Assembly (NCBI GenBank): GCA_963804995.1
Contig: CAWDSK010000002.1
Location: 480,001-544,000 of the forward strand
Direction: 5' to 3'
Source: an uncultured Acidobacteriota bacterium
GTDB taxonomy: Bacteria; Acidobacteriota; Terriglobia; UBA7540
DNA: 64,000 nucleotides
Below are positions 39,636-48,556 of the stretch, piece by piece. Positions within the stretch are counted from its first letter, which is position 1. Every line of letters starts with the position of its first letter. The notes beneath the pieces were generated by a model, which searched no databases, was not told the origin of the DNA, and saw nothing but the letters and a program-made list of their open reading frames with translations. The position numbers were made by a program, and so were the translations under genes.

Positions 39636-41400
39636 CTAAAACAATCCTGAAACCTTCCCGGTCTTCACATCCACATCCACCCGGCGGAATCCCGGGTTGG
39701 ACGACGTGCCGGGCATCAAGCTGATGGTGCCCGCGCAGGGGCAAAGGAATTTGGCGCCCGAGTAAACCAGCACGTCGCGAATCGGCAGCACCCAGCCTTC
39801 GGGAACTCCCTTGAGCGCCGGATCGTGGCTCAGGCTCAGGTGGGTCTTCACCATCATGGTGGCATAGTCGGCGTACTTGGGGTCGGACTTCGAGCGCTTT
39901 GGATTTGGCTTCCGCTTCGGGCGTCCAGACAACTCCATCGGCGCCGTAAACTTCCTTGGCAATGTGCTCAACCCGATCGCGCAACTTCATCTCAAGCGGG
40001 TAGAGGTACTGAAATTTGACTTCGTCCCGGCAGGCGTCCAGTACCGCGTCCGCGAGCTCCAGCGCCCCCTCGCCGCCTTTGGCCCAGTGCTCGGAAGAGG
40101 CACAGCGTGCGCCCGTGGCTTCCACGGCCCGCCGCACCAGGGTGATTTCTTCTTTCGTATCGGTATTAAAACAGTTAATACAGACCACCGGATTGATTCC
40201 CGACCGGCGAATGATGCCCAGATGGTGCAGCAGGTTGGGAAGTCCCTTTTCGACGAGCCGCAGATTCTCGCGAGTGTATTCCTCTGCCAGCGGTAATCCG
40301 GGTGCGACGCGTGGACCGCCGCCGTGCATCTTGAGGGCGCGGATAGTGGTGGTCAGCACGGAGACGTTGGGCTTAAGCCCGCTGCACCGGCACTTGACGT
40401 TCCAGAACTTTTCGAAGCCGATGTCCGCTGCAAAGCCGCTCTCCGTGACGTGAAAGTCAAACATCTTCAGGCCCAGGCGGTCGCCGATAATCGACGACTG
40501 CCCCACGGCGATGTTGGCGAAGGGCCCGGCGTGCACCATGCAAGGCTGGTATTCAGCCGTGCTGCACAAGGTGGGGTTGATTGTGTTGCGCATCCAGGCG
40601 GCCATGGCGCCCGCAACTTCGAGATCCTGCGTGGTGACGGCATTCCCCTGCTTGTCGTAGGCGACGGTGATCTCCCCCAGGCGCTTCCGCAAGTCGGCCA
40701 GGTCCGTGACAATGGCGAGAATCGCCATCAGCTCAGAGCTGACCGTGATGGCGAACTTCGATTGCACCATGAAACCGTCTTGCTTGCCGCCGATACCGAT
40801 GATGATGTTGCGCAGCGCCTGCGCGCAGAAATCGATGACCCAACCCATTTCGAGGCGCGTGGGGTCGATATCCAGGCGGCGCGTCACGCCGTGCTGCTGC
40901 AACTGCTGGTCGCTGTAATTCCGTTCGTGCTGTAAGCGCGCGGTGAGCGCCACCATGGCCAGATTGTGGGCATTGGCAATGTCGTTGATGTCGCCCGTAA
41001 GCCCCAGGGAGAACTCCGTCATGGGGATCAGCAGGGCGTTTCCACCCCCCGCCGCCGTGCCTTTCACGTTCATCGTCGGGCCGCCGGAGGGCTGGCGCAG
41101 GCAGCCGCCCACGTTTTTGCCCCGTTTCCCCAGACCTTCGATCAAACCCAGGGAAGTTGTGCTTTTTCCCTCACCTAGAGGAGTGGGTGTAATGGCTGTA
41201 ACTTCAACGTATTTCCCGTCCGGGCGGTCTTTTAGTCTTTCGATGATCTTAAGGAAATCCAGCTTCGCCAGCCGCCCCATGGGGATGACTTCATCTTGTT
41301 GCAGGCCCAATCTTTCCTGCCATTCGTGAGGGCTGGGCATCTGGCGTTCTGCCGCCTCGGAAATTTCCCAGTCCTGCATCTTCGTCGCGTCGTACGCCAT
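39636..41400 (-). CDS. fhs: formate--tetrahydrofolate ligase; frameshift near 39893
   Basis: [74 protein letters not shown]. Confidence 0.95.
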
Positions 41401-41726
41401 TCGAAAGACCCCCGATTTCCCGGTACGATTAAGTCTTCAAAGCACTTGCGGTGCCATTCCAAGGGGAGTGTGGAGAAATTCAACGCCCCTCAGGGTTATG
41501 TGACCTGGTCCTCTGGGGGGGGCCTGAGGTGGCAAAACAGGGAGTCGCGCGCCCCCACAATCGAAAACTCGTGCCTCCGCGCCCCCGAATCTCTATTCAA
41601 CATGAGAGATTAACTAACACATTATAACCTTCCGGAAATCAGAATTCCCAATTCGTCATTACGATTTTGGCCTGCTTGCCTTTTTGGGGTGCGTCAAGTA
41701 GGATGGCGGGAATTTCAGGTCACCCT

Positions 41727-42557
41727 ATGTCATCGAACGCTTCGATCAAGTTAGATGTGTGGCTGACCGTGGGTTTTGGCGCGGGACTGTATTATTTCTA
41801 CAAAGGCTTTCGCATTTTTCGAGAGTACCGCGTGCTGATGGATACTCCTGAAATCCCGATTCGCAGTGTCGCCATGGGCCTAGTGGAAATCCACGGTAAG
41901 GCCACGGGTATTCCGCCCATACCCAGTCCTGTTACCCGAACTCCGTGCTACTTCTATAAAGTGGAGATCGAGCATTGGGTTCATGATAAGAATGGCGGAC
42001 ATTGGTCTCACATTGCCACTGATGCCGACGGAAAGAGATTTTATCTCGCGGACGCAACCGGCAAGGTGCTGGTGGACGCGCACAATGCGGAATACGATTT
42101 GATCCAAACCGCCAAGGTTGAAACGGGAGGCAGTTCCGGATTGAGCTTCGGGCGCCTCTTCTCGGGCATCGGTGGTTCCACGCCCGCGGTGACCCCTGGG
42201 CTTGACACTGACCTCTGGTCCTATGCTTCCGCGGCAGTCTCCCGCCGGAAAGGCAGCGGCATTTTTGGGGGCGGTGCGAGTGCGGGGGAGCGCTATCGGC
42301 TGACTGAGCATTTGGTGTTGCCCGATCATTGGTACGACCTCACGGGGACCTGCGTGGAGAATCCCGAACCTCAGGACGAACACGACCGCAATTTGATCAC
42401 GAAGGGAACGAACGAGCCAACCTTCTTGATCACCTGGCGAAGCGAAAAGGAAATCAGACAGACATTGCGCAATCGGGCCGCCAAGTATATTTTCGGCGGC
42501 GGGGTTCTGGCTGTGGCCTGCCTGGGAATCCTACTCTTAAAATTGGGATGGTTATGA
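41727..42557 (+). CDS. GIDE-domain-like membrane protein
   Basis: N- and C-terminal TM helices; DTP..IRS.AMGLVEIHG, SPVT.TPC.FY, FYLAD.TG.VLVD, RLTEH; next to lemA; start uncertain. Confidence 0.7.
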   Translation: MSSNASIKLDVWLTVGFGAGLYYFYKGFRIFREYRVLMDTPEIPIRSVAMGLVEIHGKATGIPPIPSPVTRTPCYFYKVEIEHWVHDKNGGHWSHIATDADGKRFYLADATGKVLVDAHNAEYDLIQTAKVETGGSSGLSFGRLFSGIGGSTPAVTPGLDTDLWSYASAAVSRRKGSGIFGGGASAGERYRLTEHLVLPDHWYDLTGTCVENPEPQDEHDRNLITKGTNEPTFLITWRSEKEIRQTLRNRAAKYIFGGGVLAVACLGILLLKLGWL

Positions 42558-42578
42558 CACGGAAGGAGACATACAACG

Positions 42579-43145
42579 ATGGGTCTAGCGATTCTCGTGG
42601 GATTAGTGGTCGTCCTGGTGGTGGTAGGGGTCTTCGTCTACCTGATCACGATTTACAACAGCCTGGTGCGCCTCAAGAACGACATCGATAAGGCCTGGGC
42701 GAATATCGATGTGCTGCTCAAGCAGCGGCACGACGAACTTCCCAAGCTGATTGAAACCTGCAAAGGCTATATGCAGTACGAGCAGAAGACGTTTCAGCTC
42801 ATTACCGAAGCGCGCACGGCGTTCATGAAAGCCGGTACCGTGAGCGAAAAGGCTCAGGCTGACAACATGATTACCGGCGCGCTCAAAAGCCTGTTTGCCG
42901 TGTCGGAGAACTATCCGGAACTGAAGGCCAACAACAACTTCATGCAATTGCAGAAACGCATCTCGGAGTTGGAAGAGAAGATCGCCGACCGGCGCGAATT
43001 CTTCAACGACGATGTGAATACTTACAACATTCGCATTCAGCAACTTCCCGATGTGTTCCTGGCGCGTATGATGAACCTGCAACACCATGACCTGTTCAAG
43101 GTTGCGGAGGAGGATCGCCAGGACGTTGAGGTGAAGATGAGCTAA
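42579..43145 (+). CDS. lemA: LemA-family protein
   Basis: YNSLVRL..AWANIDVLLKQRHD.LPKL, AVSENYPELKAN.NF.QLQ, E.KI...R.FFN. Confidence 0.95.
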   Translation: MGLAILVGLVVVLVVVGVFVYLITIYNSLVRLKNDIDKAWANIDVLLKQRHDELPKLIETCKGYMQYEQKTFQLITEARTAFMKAGTVSEKAQADNMITGALKSLFAVSENYPELKANNNFMQLQKRISELEEKIADRREFFNDDVNTYNIRIQQLPDVFLARMMNLQHHDLFKVAEEDRQDVEVKMS

Positions 43146-43213
43146 GCCCCTGCGGGCAGATTTCCGGGCAAGCGGTTTGCACGCTTTACGCTTCCGCCCG
43201 AAAGGAGCCGGAT

Positions 43214-43807
43214 ATGATGCTAGCCATGATCGGCCTGGGGCTTGTGGTGGGACTGGCCATCCTCGTGTTTTTGGTCGTGATTGTTATCGCCGTGGTTGGG
43301 TACTTCGTGGGCATTTACAACAGTCTGGTCACGCTCAAAAACGACATCGATCGCTCCTTCTCCAATATTGACGTGCTGCTGAAGCAGCGGCACGACGAAC
43401 TGCCCAAGCTCATCGACACCTGCAAAGGGTACATGCAATACGAACAGAAGACTCTCCAGGCGGTTACCGAAGCCCGCACCGCTTACCTGCGCGCCTCCAC
43501 GCCCGCCGAGAAGACTCAAGCCGATAACATGGTCACCGGCGCGCTCAAAAGCCTGTTTGCCGTAGCCGAAAAATATCCGGACCTCAAGGCCGATGCAAAT
43601 TTCATGCAACTGCAAGGGCGCATCACGGAACTCGAGGAAAAGATTGCCGGGCAGCGCGGCCGCTATAATGAAGACGTCAACGATTTCAATATCCGCATTG
43701 CTCAGATTCCCGCCAACTTCGTCGCGGGCTTCATGGGACTCCAGCCCCACGCCCTCTTCCAGGTTGCGGAAACCGACCGCGAAGACGTGAAAGTCAGCTT
43801 CACTTAG
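43214..43807 (+). CDS. lemA: LemA-family protein (tandem paralog)
   Basis: YNSLVTL..SNIDVLLKQRHDELPKL, AVAEKYPDLKA. Confidence 0.95.
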   Translation: MMLAMIGLGLVVGLAILVFLVVIVIAVVGYFVGIYNSLVTLKNDIDRSFSNIDVLLKQRHDELPKLIDTCKGYMQYEQKTLQAVTEARTAYLRASTPAEKTQADNMVTGALKSLFAVAEKYPDLKADANFMQLQGRITELEEKIAGQRGRYNEDVNDFNIRIAQIPANFVAGFMGLQPHALFQVAETDREDVKVSFT

Positions 43808-43814
43808 TGCCAAC

Positions 43815-43843
43815 AAAAAAGGCCCGCTTGGGGGAGCGGGCCT
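43815..43843 (-). terminator. intrinsic terminator (U-tract on the minus strand)
   Basis: AGGCCCGCT-CCCCCA-AGCGGGCCT followed by TTTTT on the minus strand. Confidence 0.8.
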
Positions 43844-43881
43844 GGGGAAAGGAGGAAACCTGAAACGGTTTCAGTCCTATC

Positions 43882-43917
43882 TTATCTCTTCTTTTTCTTT
43901 GCCTTCTTCGCTGCCAT
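43882..43917 (-). CDS. putative 11-aa basic micropeptide MAAKKAKKKKR
   Basis: AAGGAGG RBS 8 nt upstream of ATG, TAA stop, own terminator and upstream TTGACA. Confidence 0.6.
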   Translation of the reverse strand: MAAKKAKKKKR

Positions 43918-43960
43918 ATTGTTCCCCTCCTTTGTTGGAATTTTTTGGGGCCTACGCGAG

Positions 43961-44026
43961 AGACCAGTATTTGTGGTCTGGCGCGCTCTTACCACTATAT
44001 GTAGTATGCTTCGAACAACTTGTCAA
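43961..44026 (-). promoter_or_regulatory. tandem NrdR-box-like sites next to a TTGACA -35 element
   Basis: CCACTATATGTAGTAT (43992-44007) plus weaker AGACCAGTATTTGTGG (43961-43976), 31 bp apart; TTGACA at 44026-44021. Confidence 0.55.
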
Positions 44027-44111
44027 GCAAAATGTTGGGCAATATGTTCGGCGACGATGCGCCGCTATCTTCCGGACGGTTTCGGTTCGCCTTTTTGTCA
44101 CGAGGGACTTG

Positions 44112-44461
44112 TGTAGCGCTGCCCTTATGGATTTTGAATTTAGTAACTTGTTTCGATGCCGTGCGGGTGTAAGTAACCCCTCATCCGGCCTCCTACGTCA
44201 GCCACCTTCTCCCCTCGGGAGAAGGCTATTATCCGGTTCCGGCCAGGGGAAGGTTATATCGAAGCGCCCGCTGGCCAAATTGAAGACCCATTCTCTGCGT
44301 ATGCCGATGGAGCACCCCCTTGAATAACCGCCCTCTCCGAGGGGAGAGGGTGGACCGCCGCCGGCGTTTTCATCAGCCGGGGCGGGACGGGTGAGGGGTC
44401 ACTTGGGGGCTCGGGGCGTTTGAGAATTCCAGGAATTCAAAAACCATAAGGTCGGCGCTAC
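44112..44461 (-). repeat. composite MITE-like element, second copy
   Basis: Inverted homolog of 17363-17654 with a longer central spacer. Confidence 0.8.
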
Positions 44462-44626
44462 GCTTGTCTGGATTGCCTCAGTGAGAGGGTAGGAGTAGAA
44501 TCACCGCGCTTGCGGCCGCCAAGTGCGGAGTCCATGCGCACACCCGACCTGATGCTCTTAGCTGAGCCGATGAACCGATGGCCAGATCACCGGATCACCC
44601 GATCTCCCGATTCCCCCAGGTGCCCT

Positions 44627-45997
44627 ATGAAACTCCACTTCCTCATCTTGGTTCTGTTGCTCGCCGTTGTCACTCAGCCCGCTCTGCCGCAGGAAGCCAA
44701 CGTGCCACTGGGGAAGGACCAGGTCCTGGATCTGGTGAAGTTCGGGTTAGACAGTGGTGAATTGGCGAAGCGCATCAAGGAGCGGGGCATTGACTTCGAG
44801 CCGACCGACGATTACCTCGCAACATTGAGCCAGGCGGGCGCGCAGGAGGCGGTCATTCACGCCTTGCGCGAAGCCAGGCCGAAACCCCTGACCCGCGAGC
44901 AAGTGGGCAAATTAGTGGCAGGCGGAGTGCCCAGCCAGCGCGCCGTGATGCTGGTGAAGCAACACGGTATCGATTTCGTGGCGGATGAGCGGTATCTCCA
45001 GACCCTGCGAGTGGCGGGCGGGGACGACGCCTTGATCGCGGCTCTCCGTCAGGCGAGCGCCGCCGTGACGGCGGAACTGGTGGTTTCAACTTCCCCGAAT
45101 GCCCAGGTCTTTCTGGATGGAGAACTCCAGGGGCACGCCAACGCGCAAGGTGATCTGACGATAAAATCAAAGCCCGGGGCCCACGCGCTGAAAGTTACTC
45201 TGGCAGGCAAGAATGATTTCGAGCAGAGCGTCACACTCGCCGCGCAGCAAGCAACCAAGATCCAGGCGCGGCTGGAGGATATCGTTTCACCGCCGCCGCC
45301 CGGTACCGTCCGGGAGAACCCAAAAGACGGGTTGAAGTACGTCTGGATTCCCCCTGGGACATTCATGATGGGGTGCTCGCCGGGGGACGATGAATGCTTC
45401 GACAACGAGAAGCCGGCACACCAGGTGACCCTGAGCAAGGGCTTTTGGATCGGGCAGACGGAAGTTACGGTGGCCGCCTACAAACGCTTCGCAGCAGCCA
45501 CAGTACGGCAACCGACTTTCAACGGCAGTCGGGCGAATGACGCCATGCCGATCGCGCATGTGGACTGGAATGACGCACACGACTACTGCACTTGGGCGGG
45601 AGGGCGACTGCCCACGGAAGCAGAGTGGGAGTATGCGGCGCGGGCCGGGAGGGCGGAGGCGCGCTATGGGGCGCTCAACGAAGCCGCTTGGTATGATGCT
45701 AACAGCGGAGGGCAGGCCCACGAGGTCGCACAAAAGCGCGCGAACGGGTTCGGATTGTTCGACATGCTCGGAAATGTGTGGGAATGGGTCAACGACTGGT
45801 TTGGAGAGAACTATTATGCCGCCAGCCCGGAGCGGGATCCGCAAGGTCCGGACAGTGGTCAACATCACGCTCTGCGAGGCGGGTCGTGGTACTTCAGGGC
45901 CAATGTCATTCGTTTTTCGTGCCGTGCCAAGGGGGATCCAGCCGGTCCGATCCCTGGGCTCGGTCTTCGTTGTGCGCGGGAAGTTAATATTCCTTGA
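44627..45997 (+). CDS. secreted protein: duplicated RGIDF module + PEGA + FGE-sulfatase (SUMF1-like) domain
   Basis: IPPGTFMMG, TEVT, RLPTEAEWEYAAR, NGFGLFDMLGNVWEW, RGGSW, G.RC. Confidence 0.9.
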   Translation: MKLHFLILVLLLAVVTQPALPQEANVPLGKDQVLDLVKFGLDSGELAKRIKERGIDFEPTDDYLATLSQAGAQEAVIHALREARPKPLTREQVGKLVAGGVPSQRAVMLVKQHGIDFVADERYLQTLRVAGGDDALIAALRQASAAVTAELVVSTSPNAQVFLDGELQGHANAQGDLTIKSKPGAHALKVTLAGKNDFEQSVTLAAQQATKIQARLEDIVSPPPPGTVRENPKDGLKYVWIPPGTFMMGCSPGDDECFDNEKPAHQVTLSKGFWIGQTEVTVAAYKRFAAATVRQPTFNGSRANDAMPIAHVDWNDAHDYCTWAGGRLPTEAEWEYAARAGRAEARYGALNEAAWYDANSGGQAHEVAQKRANGFGLFDMLGNVWEWVNDWFGENYYAASPERDPQGPDSGQHHALRGGSWYFRANVIRFSCRAKGDPAGPIPGLGLRCAREVNIP

Positions 45998-46554
45998 TTC
46001 TTTTTTCTTTTCCCTTAACGTCTTTTTGAGGGGGTTCCGGGGCTCTACCCCGAACGAAAATTCTTGGGGATGACCCATGCCCTCTGGTGGCGCGGGCAGG
46101 TCGGCAATGCCACGGTCAGCGCTACATCTCATTAACCCTCGCCCCCTGGGGGTTCGACGTAGCGCCGAGCCCGCACGGTAGCACAGGCACTCCTGCCTGT
46201 GAATGCGGCTCGATGTTCGAGCATATCGACACAGCCAGGAGTGGCTGTCCCACTTTACTCGGACAATTCGTTGCCCGCTTTGCATTTTTGGGCTACCGGT
46301 AGCCCAAACCTCAACATTGCCTATTGACATAGCCCAGTCGATGAAGCGCACAATAGAGGTGAGGAAGCGTTGCGTCCTGATGTGTCCAGGCAGTCCTCCA
46401 AGAACCACGGACCCCTTGGTGGGCTTCCAGCCCGTGAAAGGTCACGGCCAAGACCCCGATGCATCGGGGCAGGTCGGCCGTGCCACGCTTGGGTTGCGGC
46501 TCTGCCGCGCTGTAGCACTAAGCGCCAACGTCTTCGAGTGCCGCGCAGAAAAGA

Positions 46555-46688
46555 TTCACCACAGAGGGCACAGAGGTCACGGAGAGTAGACGGAGAAAAA
46601 ATTGCGGGTTAACAACCAAGGAAGCGGGATCTCTACCCGCGCCATCAGAAGCGCTTTTCTCTGTGGTCTCTGTGCCCTCTGTGGTGAA
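46555..46688. repeat. inverted nonamer arrays (CACAGAGGG-type)
   Basis: TTCACCACAGAGGGCACAGAGGTCACGGAG ... CTCTGTGGTCTCTGTGCCCTCTGTGGTGAA. Confidence 0.75.
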
Positions 46689-46802
46689 TCTTTTCTGCGC
46701 AGGTCCTTGCTCAAGCGGCCTAGGGTGAGTCTGGCAGCACGCGAGGCGTTCCAAATGGATTTGCTATTACACCCGACGAACACGCCGACCAACGTCCGGG
46801 AA

Positions 46803-47626
46803 GGGGCGCTGACTCGTAGAAATGTTAAAAATGAGGGAACCTCCGGGGATGTGTATGAAAACACAGGAGAGGGAACAAAATGTCAGGTTATTGTTCGAGC
46901 TTTTTGCAGAAAATTCCGGAGTTTTGTGACAATGGACGGCAATCGAACGGGATTGTGGGCCGACAATGCACAGGTTATACGGAAATTCGGGGCGAACCAG
47001 CGCCGACCTTCAGAGCCCTCCCCGAACACTTCCGGTTATCGGCGGGTTGGGACACGAATCTGAGCTCACCAATCGGCCTGGAGTTGGGCAATCCCGCACC
47101 CTCGATCAGGCGTCGCAGACGGGCGGAAGGTGGTGGGTCAAATGGAGAACGTAGCGGCGAGTTCACCTCTCCAAAGGTGGGCGTCCCGATAGGATCGAGA
47201 TCGATTCCGTCCCGTCGGCATCCGGTTGGCTCACCACCCTATCCCACGATGTTTCAGATAACAAAAGGAGTTAGCGAAGAGGAGCAAAAACTCTCAAAAT
47301 GTAACTCATTGAAACAACAAGACTAATTCAATCTGCGGAAATTTACTCAAGCCCATAAGCCACTATGTTATAGAAAGCAAAAGGGGTTAGCGAAGAGGAG
47401 AAGAAACTTGGCAAAATTCTATCTCATTGAAATAAGGCGAGTTAATCGATTCTGTTGCAAATGGGGTGAGGGAAAAAGGGGGAACTAAAAATGAAGGTTA
47501 AACCCACGATGTTGTTGAAAACAAAGAAAGAAGGAAGTGACATTTTGACTAATGCCACGATGTTTATGAAAAATAAGCTAGTTATAGTCGCTAACCCACG
47601 ATGTTTATGAAAATAAAGGGGGTTAT
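46803..47626 (+). repeat. ANRxN-family 3' remnant tail plus AT-rich multi-box element with an internal duplication
   Basis: 46803-46976 matches 12145-12316; 47240-47626 matches 20100-20372 and 11650-11916. Confidence 0.75.
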
Positions 47627-48556
47627 TGAAAGTGCGGAGGAAAGAGAAAAGAGGGACCCTCCATCGGAGACGGGGCTGGCAAGAGCAGGCGACGCGATGA
47701 TTGGGGCGAAGCCGGAAGGCGCGACAGGCGTTGGACGGGAGGTCAAAGGCGGTGAGGCCCGCTGCCCTAACCGACCCGCCGCAGCCCCCTACGACGGCCA
47801 CCAGTTTTCACCACGGCAACAGAAGACCGCAACGGCCCGACAGACTCGCGGCGAGCGACCAACGCCGCCGACTGAATGCCATGCGCCCGTGACACACTCA
47901 CCCACATCGGTAATCGGATGGATGGCACAGGAACATGAGCCCAATTCGGCCGACCGGAGATTTGCAGCAATTCGCCTGTCCAAAGATTCGATCACCCGAT
48001 GGCCCGATCACCCGATCTCCCGATCGCTCGCCCCCGCCGGCACACACTCCCCCATATCGGTTATCGGCGGGTTCGACGCCAGGGATGAGGCAAATTCAGT
48101 GGCCCGTGACAAGCGGCTTGACCCCTCACCCGCCTGCGGGCCGAAGCCGAAATTGTTTACAGTTTCCAGGTGCCCCTTCGGTGGGCGTAGGCCCGTCCCG
48201 CCTCCCGATAGAATGCATCGGGACGGCGGTCCACCCTCTTCCGCCACGGCGGATCTACGACCCCTCGGAGAGGGCTATGAATTTTCGCCTTGGGCTGATG
48301 AAGCGATCGCCCGATCTCCGGATCAACCGATCGCTAGCCCCCGCCGGCCCACACTCCCCCGCTTCGGTTATCGGCGGCCTCAGGTGAGAAGATGAATCAA
48401 ATGTGGACATCGAATATCGCCAATCACAAATCGCCATTCACAAATGACCCGATTCCCGATCACCCAATGATTCAATGGCCCGATGATTCGATGAACCAAT
48501 CCGCCAGTGCCATACTCCTCCCTAATCGAAGAAGTCTGGTCACACTGCGGGTGCCA

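Noticed and set aside
27207..41400. Complete Wood-Ljungdahl pathway or acetogenesis
   Set aside because: No CODH/ACS, CFeSP subunits, folD or formate dehydrogenase in the window.
41401..41630. Possible riboswitch (THF, ZTP, SAM, cobalamin) in the long fhs leader
   Set aside because: A TATAAT and a CCTCAGG/CCTGAGG stem are present, but I could not match any riboswitch consensus by eye; an Rfam scan would settle it.
47490..47626. Mini-CRISPR reading of the three GATGTT..TGAAAA repeats
   Set aside because: Repeats are short and degenerate, spacers are conserved between loci, and there are no cas genes in the window.
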